In this document: positions 1-8,551 of the stretch, one piece after another
Position numbering within the stretch: the stretch's first letter is position 1
Layout: each line of letters starts with the position of its first letter
Source of the DNA: a virus
IMG/VR virus record: IMGVR_UViG_3300033233_000027
Coordinates: 13,685 to 77,684 of that record
Length of the DNA: 64,000 nt
Reading direction: 5' to 3' (one strand)
The notes under the pieces: generated by a model
What the model was told of the DNA's origin: nothing
Databases searched by the model: none
Seen by the model: only the letters and a program-made list of their open reading frames with translations
Made by a program: the position numbers and the translations under genes

Positions 1-206
1 ACCGTCTTTCGCCTTCTTGATTCGAACGTAACTGGGCGGAATCTTCCTTGCAAGAGAGCGCAATGGCTGCCCTAATTTTAGAACAGCGATGGCGTTTGCA
101 AGTCCGTAGGATGCGAGAACGAACCAAAGCGCAGCGATCCAATACACTCAGCACCCCCCTCGGCAATGTGCCGTCGCCGGCAGCATCCATTTCCCTGTCC
201 ACACCA

Positions 207-563
207 TCACGCACCTCCCGTTTTCGGTTCCCGCTTCAACAGATCGAATGTGCCTTTGTCACTCTTCGGAATGATCGCCACTGGAAGCCTGATGCCTTTG
301 GATACTTCCGAGACAGCTGGCGCAATCTGAGCCATTAGTAGCCATGGCGATGCCCCGCAGATCCTTGAGCCATCCTCTCCGAACAACTCAAACGCCGAAG
401 TTGCGCCATTGGACATCGCGACCATTCCAAGGAGGCTGATTGCGGCCGACAGGTCATTATCGAACTGAAGATTGACTTGGACAGACTCCTTTCCGCATTG
501 AAGTACGGCCCTGTACTTCTTTAGGTTCGTCGCCGCTGCGATAGGCAATAGTGCTTCAATCAC
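207..563 (-). CDS. hypothetical protein
   Basis: 118-aa ORF translationally coupled to 560..1057 (4-nt overlap). Confidence 0.55.
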   Translation of the reverse strand: MIEALLPIAAATNLKKYRAVLQCGKESVQVNLQFDNDLSAAISLLGMVAMSNGATSAFELFGEDGSRICGASPWLLMAQIAPAVSEVSKGIRLPVAIIPKSDKGTFDLLKREPKTGGA

Positions 564-1057
564 AGTAGGCCTCCATCCCTGAGTAGCCTGCCCAATCCTT
601 TGGCCAACTCACCGCGGACGACCATTCCGTTCGTACCAGGCATCTTGAGAATGAGGGATGGTTTTTCTCCGTTACCTTCCTCGTAGTAGGAGATATTTAC
701 GATGTCTCCAAGAGGTGTGCTGATGCTGGTCTGTCGGCGGGCCTCAGGCTCTACGCCATCGTCCTGGACGCGTTCAAAAAATTCTACCGGATGGCCAGCA
801 CAGAGATATTGGCCAGTCGCAGGATTCTTCATGTGCCAGCAACATTCCCAGAGAACCAGTGTTTCCACGAGTTCACCCGATATGGCGTCCTTGCCTTCAG
901 ATCGTTCGATGACATGATATTCGTTCGGCCACCCGACTCGCTTCAAAGTGAATGGGGTGAAGTCTCCCTCTGGCTTTGCGTTCTTCTTGACTCGCACGAC
1001 ATCGCCAGGATTGATTACCATCTGCTCCGCATCAGCGGCGTTCGGCTGATTTTCCAC
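560..1057 (-). CDS. hypothetical protein
   Basis: 165-aa ORF with GGAGGGAAG RBS-like sequence upstream. Confidence 0.65.
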   Translation of the reverse strand: MENQPNAADAEQMVINPGDVVRVKKNAKPEGDFTPFTLKRVGWPNEYHVIERSEGKDAISGELVETLVLWECCWHMKNPATGQYLCAGHPVEFFERVQDDGVEPEARRQTSISTPLGDIVNISYYEEGNGEKPSLILKMPGTNGMVVRGELAKGLGRLLRDGGLL

Positions 1058-1202
1058 GCTTCCCTCCGTTCACTCTTAGGAGTCGGCACAGCAACTCATC
1101 CATCGTCTCTGCAACCTGAATTCTTTCTGCCAGCCAGGAATGGAGTTCTGGCGACACCATGACGGTTTTCTTTCCCTTGCTCTCGCTCTTGATGTACGGC
1201 AT
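1032..1202 (-). CDS. small DNA-binding regulator (ribbon-helix-helix/CopG-like)
   Basis: MPYIKSESKGKKTVMVSPELHSWLAERI...TMDELLCRLL: strand plus two helices pattern; divergent from the replication block. Confidence 0.45.
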   Translation of the reverse strand: MPYIKSESKGKKTVMVSPELHSWLAERIQVAETMDELLCRLLRVNGGKRGKSAERR

Positions 1203-1281
1203 ACGGGGAGTTTTTACGCGCAATACGCACATCAGTCAAGAGGAACTTGCGCGAGGAAAATACAGTTGGTATCGTCTCGCG

Positions 1282-1533
1282 ATGGAATATACTTCAGGCG
1301 AACTGAGACCGTCTCCAGGTGAAGTGCGCTGGTCGAAGAAAACTTCTGGAGATTGGGGATACGTTGACGGCGCAGCAAAGGTCACGACCAAGATCGGGCC
1401 GTTCTCCACGGAACTTGACTTCTGGATTGAACCGAATGAGATAAAGTTCCTGAGAGAGTTCGCGAATAAGGCTGAGGCGTGGCTGGCTCTTTCGGAAGAG
1501 GAGCGAAAGCTACGAGGAAAGAAGAGAAAGTGA
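1282..1533 (+). CDS. hypothetical protein
   Basis: ORF 1159..1533; start trimmed to ATG 1282 to avoid overlapping the divergent gene. Confidence 0.5.
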   Translation: MEYTSGELRPSPGEVRWSKKTSGDWGYVDGAAKVTTKIGPFSTELDFWIEPNEIKFLREFANKAEAWLALSEEERKLRGKKRK

Positions 1534-1561
1534 TTTATGAGTTCGCAGAATATTTTTGTGC

Positions 1562-1591
1562 TTGACATCGCGTAGCGAGTTAAGATAAAGT
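1562..1591 (+). promoter_or_regulatory. sigma70-type promoter of the replication operon
   Basis: TTGACA(1562-1567)-18 nt-TAAAGT(1586-1591). Confidence 0.6.
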
Positions 1592-1598
1592 TCCGACC

Positions 1599-1714
1599 GT
1601 GCAGCTAAGGAAAATGAATCCGACCACTAGAGCCCGGCGCCTGCCCATCAGCCCGCACTCCTTGCTGCACACAAGATCGCGAGCGGGATGACAGGCGCCG
1701 TCCTCAGGTGGTCG
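1599..1714 (+). ncRNA. structured leader RNA (c4/CI-like architecture)
   Basis: Long hairpin CGACCAC...GTGGTCG with inner GGCGCCTG/CAGGCGCC; apical TCCTTGCTGCAC (1659-1670) is complementary to GTGCAGCTAAGGA (1599-1611). Confidence 0.55.
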
Positions 1715-1733
1715 TTGGTAAGAGGGGTTAACC

Positions 1734-2042
1734 ATGCCGTACAACTGGGGATTCATAAAGGCGTATCCACCACCAGACGACTCTCCACATAGATACCGTT
1801 ACGACTGGACGGACCCTAAGGACTCAGATGCCTGGCCGTGCGCCTACTGTGGAGAACTACAAGGCTCTGGTTGGCCAAGTTTCGATATCGGCTCAGAACG
1901 GATTTGTCGTAACTGTCCATTTCGGATGCTTTTCGAACTGCAAAAAGCAAGCCCGCCTGGATGTGGTCTGGTAGTTCCTAGAGAATTCTCAAGTATCCTC
2001 CGCTCCATTCACCGAGGTACGGCTCGTACGAAGAGGGGCTAG
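1734..2042 (+). CDS. hypothetical Zn-finger protein
   Basis: CxxC...CxxC; AGAGGGG RBS. Confidence 0.5.
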   Translation: MPYNWGFIKAYPPPDDSPHRYRYDWTDPKDSDAWPCAYCGELQGSGWPSFDIGSERICRNCPFRMLFELQKASPPGCGLVVPREFSSILRSIHRGTARTKRG

Positions 2043-2075
2043 TAACGTAAGCGTAAGGCGAGAGAGGGGTCGGTC

Positions 2076-2885
2076 GTGGAGGGATGGATAAAGCTCTGGC
2101 GCAAAATAAGAGAGAACGAGATCTGGGCGTTCAAGCCATGGTCATTTGGGCAGGCTTGGGCAGAGATGGTTATGTGCGCCAAGTTTTCTGATTGCGCTAT
2201 CACGTTCCAAGGCAACGTGTTCGATATAAAAAGAGGTCAACTGGTAACTACACTTCGCCAGCTTTCTAGGGACTTTGGGTGGGGGGATCACAGGGTAAAG
2301 AGGTACATCGAACTACTCAAAAAACGACGCATGATCGACGCACATAACGACGCAGGCTGTATAATTGTAACTATATGCAGATACGATACTTACCAAGGCT
2401 CAGACTCAGACTCGACGCACCAGTATGTTCAAAGTCGACGCACTGACGACGCACTGACGACGCACGACATAAGAAGGGAAGAAGGAGAAGAAGAGAAGAA
2501 GGGAGAAGAGGCGCACGAAACACGTATAGGCGCCAGTGAGTCAAACCCGCCGAACGGAGCTCATCCTACCTCCCCAGATTTTATCGACTCTCTAAAGAAG
2601 GCAATCCCTGGGTCATCGCCTGAAGAAGAGGTCGAACGGCAGCTATTCCAGTTGGCTAAGCGGACGTGCGTTTGCCCAGCCAAGGACGATACCATTCGGA
2701 GAACGATCCGTGCCCTACGGAAACGTGAGGATGTTGGTACTGCTAGACTGCAACAGTATCTGATGTCTAGGGAATCGGTCGGTCGTCATACGAATGACTG
2801 GTTAGACCACTTCAAGCCACAGAAGAATTTAAGCAACGGAGATATCCAGCATGAGCGAGCGCCAAAGATTGACAAGCGTTACTGA
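2076..2885 (+). CDS. phage replication initiator (replisome organiser, lambda O/DnaD-like N-terminus)
   Basis: N-terminal GWIKLWRKI...IKRGQLVTTLRQLSRDFGW...IVTICRYDTYQ winged-helix pattern; internal iterons; directly upstream of DnaB. Confidence 0.8.
   Translation: MEGWIKLWRKIRENEIWAFKPWSFGQAWAEMVMCAKFSDCAITFQGNVFDIKRGQLVTTLRQLSRDFGWGDHRVKRYIELLKKRRMIDAHNDAGCIIVTICRYDTYQGSDSDSTHQYVQSRRTDDALTTHDIRREEGEEEKKGEEAHETRIGASESNPPNGAHPTSPDFIDSLKKAIPGSSPEEEVERQLFQLAKRTCVCPAKDDTIRRTIRALRKREDVGTARLQQYLMSRESVGRHTNDWLDHFKPQKNLSNGDIQHERAPKIDKRY
2325..2511. repeat. iteron array / probable replication origin within the initiator gene
   Basis: CGACGCA x7 at 2325, 2336, 2348, 2413, 2436, 2447, 2458 (mostly 11-12 nt spacing), followed by a purine-only tract ~2471-2511. 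Confidence 0.65.
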
Positions 2886-4173
2886 TTCTCCTTGGATCGA
2901 CGCAGAGCTTGGTGTCATTGGAAGCCTTCTGGTCTGGCCAGAAAACCTAGCTGAAGTTGCTGTAATCCTACGGCCAGATGATTTCCTGCATCCACAGTGC
3001 AAGGCATTATTCGAAGCGATGTTGGATACGGATCTAGTTGTTAAGAACGGAAATAAAGAAGAAATCTACGCAACCCGAGTGTGGAATAGGCTATTCGAAA
3101 AAGGTAGAGGAGATTTTGTTGCTAAAGCGTTCATCGCACAATTGATGCAAGACTCCGTACACTCCACCACCGCAGTAGATTATTGTCAGGTCATAATCCG
3201 ATGGGGAAGAGCCAGAGCTATGCGCGAGGTGTTTCAGAAAGCCTCTTCTGAAATCGAGATGGCGGCAGAACTTTCTGACGAGTCTCTGGCGGCTTGGGAA
3301 TCAAAGATACACGAATACGCCGCCAACCGACTCTCACGTACCCCACTTGAGGCTAACGCACTCATGAGGAAGTTGGGTGAGATCCTTGACTCCCCTGCTC
3401 CGGAGGCTTCCATCACTACTGGACTATTGGACTTAGACCGTGACAGTGATCTGTTTGAGCCAGGCGCGTTCACGGTCATTGCTGGGCGTCCGTCCATGGG
3501 GAAGTCAACGCTCATGCGGAATCTGGTTCACCACATTTCTCCGAACTACAGCACATTGGTCTTCAGCCTAGAAGAATCCAAGGAGATGTTTAGTACGAAG
3601 CTCGCCTGTTCCCTTGCGAAGCTTCCGTACAAAAAAGTTTCAAGGCGGGAACTGTCTGAGATCGATAGGCAGCGGGTTCTCCTTGCGATGGGCATGGTCA
3701 GTGAATACAAGCTTCGAACATCGGACGACTGCCTTTCAACCCGAGAGATCATTGGTGCCATCAAGATGCTCCGCGCAAAGAGCCAGCCTCCTCGAGTAGT
3801 CTTAATCGATCATTTCCAGGCAATGCATCACGAGCGCACCAAGGGCGAAAACGATGTTTCAATGTATACCAGGACGGTTCATAAACTGGCTAGGGCTGCG
3901 GTCGAAAATAACTGCGCTATAGTTCTATTCTGCCAGCTGAATCGTAACTGCGAATACCGGACGGAGCCGCGCCCATATCTCAGCGACCTCCGTGATACGG
4001 GTGCGCTTGAGCAGGCTGCGTGGAATGCCTTATTCATCTGGGCTGAGGATAGGAAAGAGCCGCACCGTTACATCTACGTGGCGAAGCAGCGCAACGGTCC
4101 TACGTTTGAGGTAAAACTATACTTCGATGGAGAGTACGGGTTATTTGGAAATTCTGTTAAGGAGGGGTTATGA
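2851..4173 (+). CDS. dnaB: replicative DNA helicase, DnaB family
   Basis: Walker A IAGRPSMGKS, FSLEES, VLIDHFQ, QLNR...RPYLSDLRDTGALEQAA, VAKQRNGP. Confidence 0.95.
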   Translation: MSERQRLTSVTDSPWIDAELGVIGSLLVWPENLAEVAVILRPDDFLHPQCKALFEAMLDTDLVVKNGNKEEIYATRVWNRLFEKGRGDFVAKAFIAQLMQDSVHSTTAVDYCQVIIRWGRARAMREVFQKASSEIEMAAELSDESLAAWESKIHEYAANRLSRTPLEANALMRKLGEILDSPAPEASITTGLLDLDRDSDLFEPGAFTVIAGRPSMGKSTLMRNLVHHISPNYSTLVFSLEESKEMFSTKLACSLAKLPYKKVSRRELSEIDRQRVLLAMGMVSEYKLRTSDDCLSTREIIGAIKMLRAKSQPPRVVLIDHFQAMHHERTKGENDVSMYTRTVHKLARAAVENNCAIVLFCQLNRNCEYRTEPRPYLSDLRDTGALEQAAWNALFIWAEDRKEPHRYIYVAKQRNGPTFEVKLYFDGEYGLFGNSVKEGL

Positions 4174-4385
4174 CCAAGGAACATCACTTGAAAGTCCTGC
4201 GCTCCATTCTGAAAGAAACAACCGACATGGAGAAAAGGCGTTCCTTGAACACCGCTCTGCTCGCGGTGGATATTTACTATCTTGTTCAAGCAGCACGTAT
4301 GCAGGAAAAACTGGATGCTTCACAAAAAAAGGATGGACAATGTCACGCGCAAAAGATGAAAAAGAATTCGGTGGATCTGAATTGA
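4170..4385 (+). CDS. hypothetical protein
   Basis: ATGA-coupled to dnaB; AAGGAGG RBS. Confidence 0.5.
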   Translation: MTKEHHLKVLRSILKETTDMEKRRSLNTALLAVDIYYLVQAARMQEKLDASQKKDGQCHAQKMKKNSVDLN

Positions 4386-4873
4386 AAAATGAGTTGGATG
4401 CCACACTGGATAGGGCGACGGCACTTGCGAAGCAACTGGAGGATGCGAAGCGGACTCTTGAGATTGAGAGATCAAGGGCCCATGGGATGATTACGGCGAT
4501 GAACAAGGAGGTTCAGAGATGGAAATCCAGAAAGAGCAGCTCAGGTGAGGAGTGGCGTTCCGCTCACGGATCCGTAAAGCTTGAGAACGGAACCCTGCGT
4601 GATGCGCTTGCGAATGCTGAGGCCCAGTTGGCTGCGGCAAAGTCTGAACTGGCGCAAACCAAGGACGCCCTGTCCAAGGCCTCGCACACGGAGAACGCAA
4701 TGCGGTCGACGCTTGATATCCTTGAGAGAAGATCGAAGAGCGCAGAGACAGAAGCTGCGAAGGTTAGGCAACAGGAAGAGGCTAGGAAGGCTAGAGCGAC
4801 GGAAAAGCTGGAGCGCAAGGCTGATCCAGTTGGCGATGCGAGGCCGGTTACGAAAGATGTTGCGCGAAATTAG
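4340..4873 (+). CDS. coiled-coil hypothetical protein
   Basis: A/E/K-rich heptads; start set at MSRAKDEKE with AAGGA RBS. Confidence 0.6.
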   Translation: MSRAKDEKEFGGSELKNELDATLDRATALAKQLEDAKRTLEIERSRAHGMITAMNKEVQRWKSRKSSSGEEWRSAHGSVKLENGTLRDALANAEAQLAAAKSELAQTKDALSKASHTENAMRSTLDILERRSKSAETEAAKVRQQEEARKARATEKLERKADPVGDARPVTKDVARN

Positions 4874-5148
4874 GATTAAACGCAGTGCTAAAGAAAACGA
4901 GACCGAAGCGTGCTGTGTCCAAGGCAAAGCGGATCGCCCCAGACATAAATGCTTTTGTTGGGAAGCTAAATCTTGAACAGCGCATGGTTCTGATATCTGG
5001 CATACTTACCGTATTCAAGATACTCACTGGGCCCGCACTCATTTCTGAATGGCTGAATGGGGCACCCACGATCAACACGAAAGTCGCTGGGCCGTGGAGA
5101 GGGAAGGGATCTTTCGGAAAAGGTTTTGGGCCTCAAGGGAGAAGGTAG

Positions 5149-5697
5149 ATGGCATCACTGCATGGTGGTTCCGTATGGTGGTATGCGTTCTGGACGGTAG
5201 CTGCATTCGTTGGATCAATTCCGTGGCTTTCCTGTGCGGAATATCTGGTTCACCGTTTCCTGATGCACAGGAAGTTTGTTCCAAAGTTCGCGTGGGAACT
5301 CCACAGCCAACACCACAAGATTTTCGGATCCGACTATACGTATCACGCACTCGACGATGAGATGGCGCGGCACATCACGTTCGATCCTCGGGACTACATC
5401 CTCCTGACCCTAGCGAATCTTCCGATATATTGTGCCGTTGAATTCCTGATCCATCGGCCCATTGTGGTCGGGTGCGTTCTGGCCACACTCGCCTATCTGC
5501 ACAGTTTCCAAGTCTTGCATCTAGCCTGGCATAGCCCCGCAGATCGTTTCTACGAAGAGCATCGGTGGTTTCTCTGGATGAAGGAGCGCCATCGTCTTCA
5601 TCACGCAGATACGTCGAGCCGGTACAACCTGATCGTTCCGATTGTGGACGGTACGCTGATTGCTATCAAGGCACTTCGCAGCAAGAAGTCTGCGTAG
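5149..5697 (+). CDS. fatty acid hydroxylase / sterol desaturase family membrane protein
   Basis: Four His boxes HRFLMH, HSQHH, HLAWH, HRLHH and hydrophobic segments. Confidence 0.85.
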   Translation: MASLHGGSVWWYAFWTVAAFVGSIPWLSCAEYLVHRFLMHRKFVPKFAWELHSQHHKIFGSDYTYHALDDEMARHITFDPRDYILLTLANLPIYCAVEFLIHRPIVVGCVLATLAYLHSFQVLHLAWHSPADRFYEEHRWFLWMKERHRLHHADTSSRYNLIVPIVDGTLIAIKALRSKKSA

Positions 5698-6072
5698 AAC
5701 AGATCGTAGGATATCTCAGAGGCATGATGAAGACAGCGCGAGAAAATGAATGCCCGAATTGCGTCCCGCATAGGATGCACTATGATGGATGTATGGGGGC
5801 CGTGTTTGAAAATGGAGAGATCACCGTCTGCGCATGTAAGCGACCTGAATGCGTGAAGCAACAGAGGGCGTCGGTTAGAGGGATTAAAATCTCCGTAGGT
5901 AAATCAAAACAGCGTACTTCAAACCAATCATGAACCACAAATTCAAGCGTCCGAGGACGCAACGTGCAGGCTGTAAAATGTGCAAGGCTTGGAAGTCTAG
6001 TCGTCAGGCTGCGCATCGGTTACGCGACAAGAGGCAGGACGAACCGAGAGATGAACACCTTTCATACAAATC

Positions 6073-6261
6073 GTGAATGACCAAGAGGGGAACTTTCCAC
6101 TCATCTGGTTCTGGAATCCTCAGCCATTCCCAGGTAGAACCGTGAACCGGAAAGGACAGAGATGTAGAGTGCTGGCGAGAGGAGCGAAGAACAATGTGCT
6201 GGTGGAGTTTGTTGACGGTTTTAGAGTATGCGCAAGTAGATATGCCGTAAGAAAAGCGTGA
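6073..6261 (+). CDS. small hypothetical phage protein
   Basis: RKGQRCRVLARGAKNNVLVEFVDG, SH3-like beta pattern. Confidence 0.5.
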   Translation: MNDQEGNFPLIWFWNPQPFPGRTVNRKGQRCRVLARGAKNNVLVEFVDGFRVCASRYAVRKA

Positions 6262-6457
6262 AGCAGATGAAGAAAGATCAGATATGGATTAGAATTCCTC
6301 TGAGAGAACGCCGCGAGCGGATCATGTGGATGAAGGCGTGCCTCAGGGTATGGCGGGGGGCGACCAAGAAGAGAGATCATGGACTTGCCCATTTCGCATC
6401 GAACGTAGCCTTTGGTTGCGGTTTGCTCAAGGTCAGTTGAGGGAGGATAAGCCGCGC

Positions 6458-6703
6458 ATGATAAAGACTGTTTTCTTGTTCGCAAACGGAAACGTAGCCT
6501 GCTGCGATGAACATGGCCAGCAAGTTCCAGAAGAGAACAACTCTGCGTGGTTTCATGTACTCCAGGATAAGCTGGATCGAGGGGTGATTTCTGAGGATAC
6601 AGAACTGTATATGGCTGGCTGGGAATCCAGAGATGGGAAGAAGTCCATGACCGTCTTTGATCTTATGGTGCGAGGAAATCTTGAGAAAAAGGAGAATGGA
6701 TGA
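6458..6703 (+). CDS. hypothetical protein
   Basis: GGGAGG RBS before ATG 6458; coupled to 6700..6945. Confidence 0.55.
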   Translation: MIKTVFLFANGNVACCDEHGQQVPEENNSAWFHVLQDKLDRGVISEDTELYMAGWESRDGKKSMTVFDLMVRGNLEKKENG

Positions 6704-6945
6704 ATCCGCTCGCGCAATCTAGGGGCAACGAAAAGAAGATGGGAGCAGAGGAGTTCATGGGGAAAAGGCTGGCTAGGCTAGTGGTCCACTCTTCCATCGA
6801 TGATGATGGCTACCCCACGTCCAACATCGTTGGTGGAATATGCTGGAACTGCTGGAAGACGGCACGAGAAATTATGGATTGCAAGATGGGAGATGTCTGC
6901 AACGAGTCCAATAAGAAGTGGGCAGCTATGGGGAATACCCAGTAG
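6700..6945 (+). CDS. hypothetical protein
   Basis: AAGGAG RBS, ATGA overlap. Confidence 0.5.
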   Translation: MNPLAQSRGNEKKMGAEEFMGKRLARLVVHSSIDDDGYPTSNIVGGICWNCWKTAREIMDCKMGDVCNESNKKWAAMGNTQ

Positions 6946-7263
6946 CCTCTAGGCAAGCATTCCCTTGCGTCAACCCCGTGGTACTGGTGTACGATGCGTT
7001 GCCACTGCACATTTCTAATGAATTGTGCAGTGACTGCATAGAAGAACTGAAATGTGCAGTGTACTTGCCTGTGGCCTAGCCTATACCCCGGTGCCACGCA
7101 TCGGACGCGGAGCTCGCCAGTTTGAATCTGTCTATGCCAACTCCTTTCTCAGTTTCCAGTCTGGACAGGACCGTCCGTTCTCGGTATAACTTCCGAAAAT
7201 CTGGTAGATCAGGAGTCAGCCACCTGCAATAGGAACAGCTTCTCTTTTGAAGAACTGAATTTT

Positions 7264-7518
7264 ATGCCAAGCCGAACATTTGAAATCGTAGTCGAGGCCG
7301 TGTACCCAGGGATGTCTTCCATCATCATTTCTGTGAACGGAAGAAGGCATCTCATGCCATCCGCGCTCTTGCCGGCCACGCAGGAATGGTTCAACGAGAT
7401 GACTGGCCGACCACTGGTCTTCTCCATTTCTGCGGAGGAACAGCGTAGCACGACCGAGAGAACCATTGAGGGTGCTGGATCCTCTTCATCCAACGAAGTC
7501 ACCGTGAGCGCAACATGA
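7264..7518 (+). CDS. hypothetical protein
   Basis: 84-aa ORF in the operon direction. Confidence 0.45.
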   Translation: MPSRTFEIVVEAVYPGMSSIIISVNGRRHLMPSALLPATQEWFNEMTGRPLVFSISAEEQRSTTERTIEGAGSSSSNEVTVSAT

Positions 7519-7697
7519 AGACTGCGAAATGCGAGAAAACTGGCGACAGGGAATACTGGTCAAGTATAGCCGTAGGTGCGGCAGAAGTACGATCTCAGGC
7601 TTTTGCGAACTCCGTGAAATTTTCTTTGTGGCTGAACAAGTCGAGGGAGAGACGTAAGCCAACGAAGAAATAGCTTTGGCGAATCGGAGCGGGAGGG

Positions 7698-8399
7698 GTG
7701 GTGGATCAGCTCGTACTAATCATGGCTCAAGGCAAACAGGAAAGGCTTCCGATCTCCACCTACGGATACAAACAACTCCTCCGCATCGGAAACGAAAGCA
7801 TCATCGTAAGGCAGATTAGGCTTCTACGGGAAGCGGGCGCGTCGGACATTCGCATCGTGGCTGAGGAGACGCGCCCATGGCGTGAAGTGTCCAAATTGCT
7901 GTGCGTTCAGTTGTATCCGCTGCGCATACCAGGCGACTGCATTCTCAGCGGAGTGAGCGCGTGTCTGGATAGGCTGGCACCATCTGAACGTCGCCCAATT
8001 CTTTTCATGCTTGGCGATGTCATATTCTCTCGGGCTTTGATGCATTCCGTGTTGAGTGATCGCGGTGAGATCAGGATCTTTGCCAGAAAGGGCCCGAATC
8101 CCGCGACGGACAAATTGGATGGAGAAGCGTTTGCATTGCGTGTATCTGATGCGGCAAAGAAACCAGTGGCCGCATTGTCTCAGTCTCGCTCACACGCCTC
8201 TGGTTCCAACGGAAAACTATTTGATCTCGCAGCAGCACTGGTCATCTCCAGATTGTTCGGTGGAGAACCGATTCATCCGACGCAGCCAACAGACTGGAGC
8301 GATGACGTGGATTGCGTTGAAGACCTTGCGCGGCTTCCGGTTTTGGAGAAATTAGCAGTAGAAGATGACGCAGCATTCATCAATGCGCGAATCGCTTGA
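7698..8399 (+). CDS. NTP-transferase family (sugar-/choline-phosphate nucleotidyltransferase-like)
   Basis: LIMAQGKQERL...KQLLRIG, LGDVIFS, DDVD motifs. Confidence 0.75.
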   Translation: MVDQLVLIMAQGKQERLPISTYGYKQLLRIGNESIIVRQIRLLREAGASDIRIVAEETRPWREVSKLLCVQLYPLRIPGDCILSGVSACLDRLAPSERRPILFMLGDVIFSRALMHSVLSDRGEIRIFARKGPNPATDKLDGEAFALRVSDAAKKPVAALSQSRSHASGSNGKLFDLAAALVISRLFGGEPIHPTQPTDWSDDVDCVEDLARLPVLEKLAVEDDAAFINARIA

Positions 8400-8431
8400 T
8401 TCTCGCCTACTATTGTGTGTCCGTTTTTATA

Positions 8432-8461
8432 TTGACAATACCTCTCCATGGGCGTAGAAAT
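8432..8461 (+). promoter_or_regulatory. candidate promoter of the virion operon
   Basis: TTGACA(8432-8437)-17 nt-TAGAAA (imperfect -10), AT-rich upstream. Confidence 0.4.
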
Positions 8462-8551
8462 GACACATCGGAACCACTGGCTCCTCCCCGGGCCGACCGA
8501 TCTAGTCCGACCTGCGAGCCAGCCCTTGCGAGAGAGAAACGAGAGGGCTGG

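Noticed and set aside
8396-8551. ORF-track upstream extension of the 752-aa gene (similar extensions at 4127, 20217, 40531, 46880, 54390)
   Set aside because: The extensions run through promoters, leaders or neighbouring genes; downstream starts have proper RBSs
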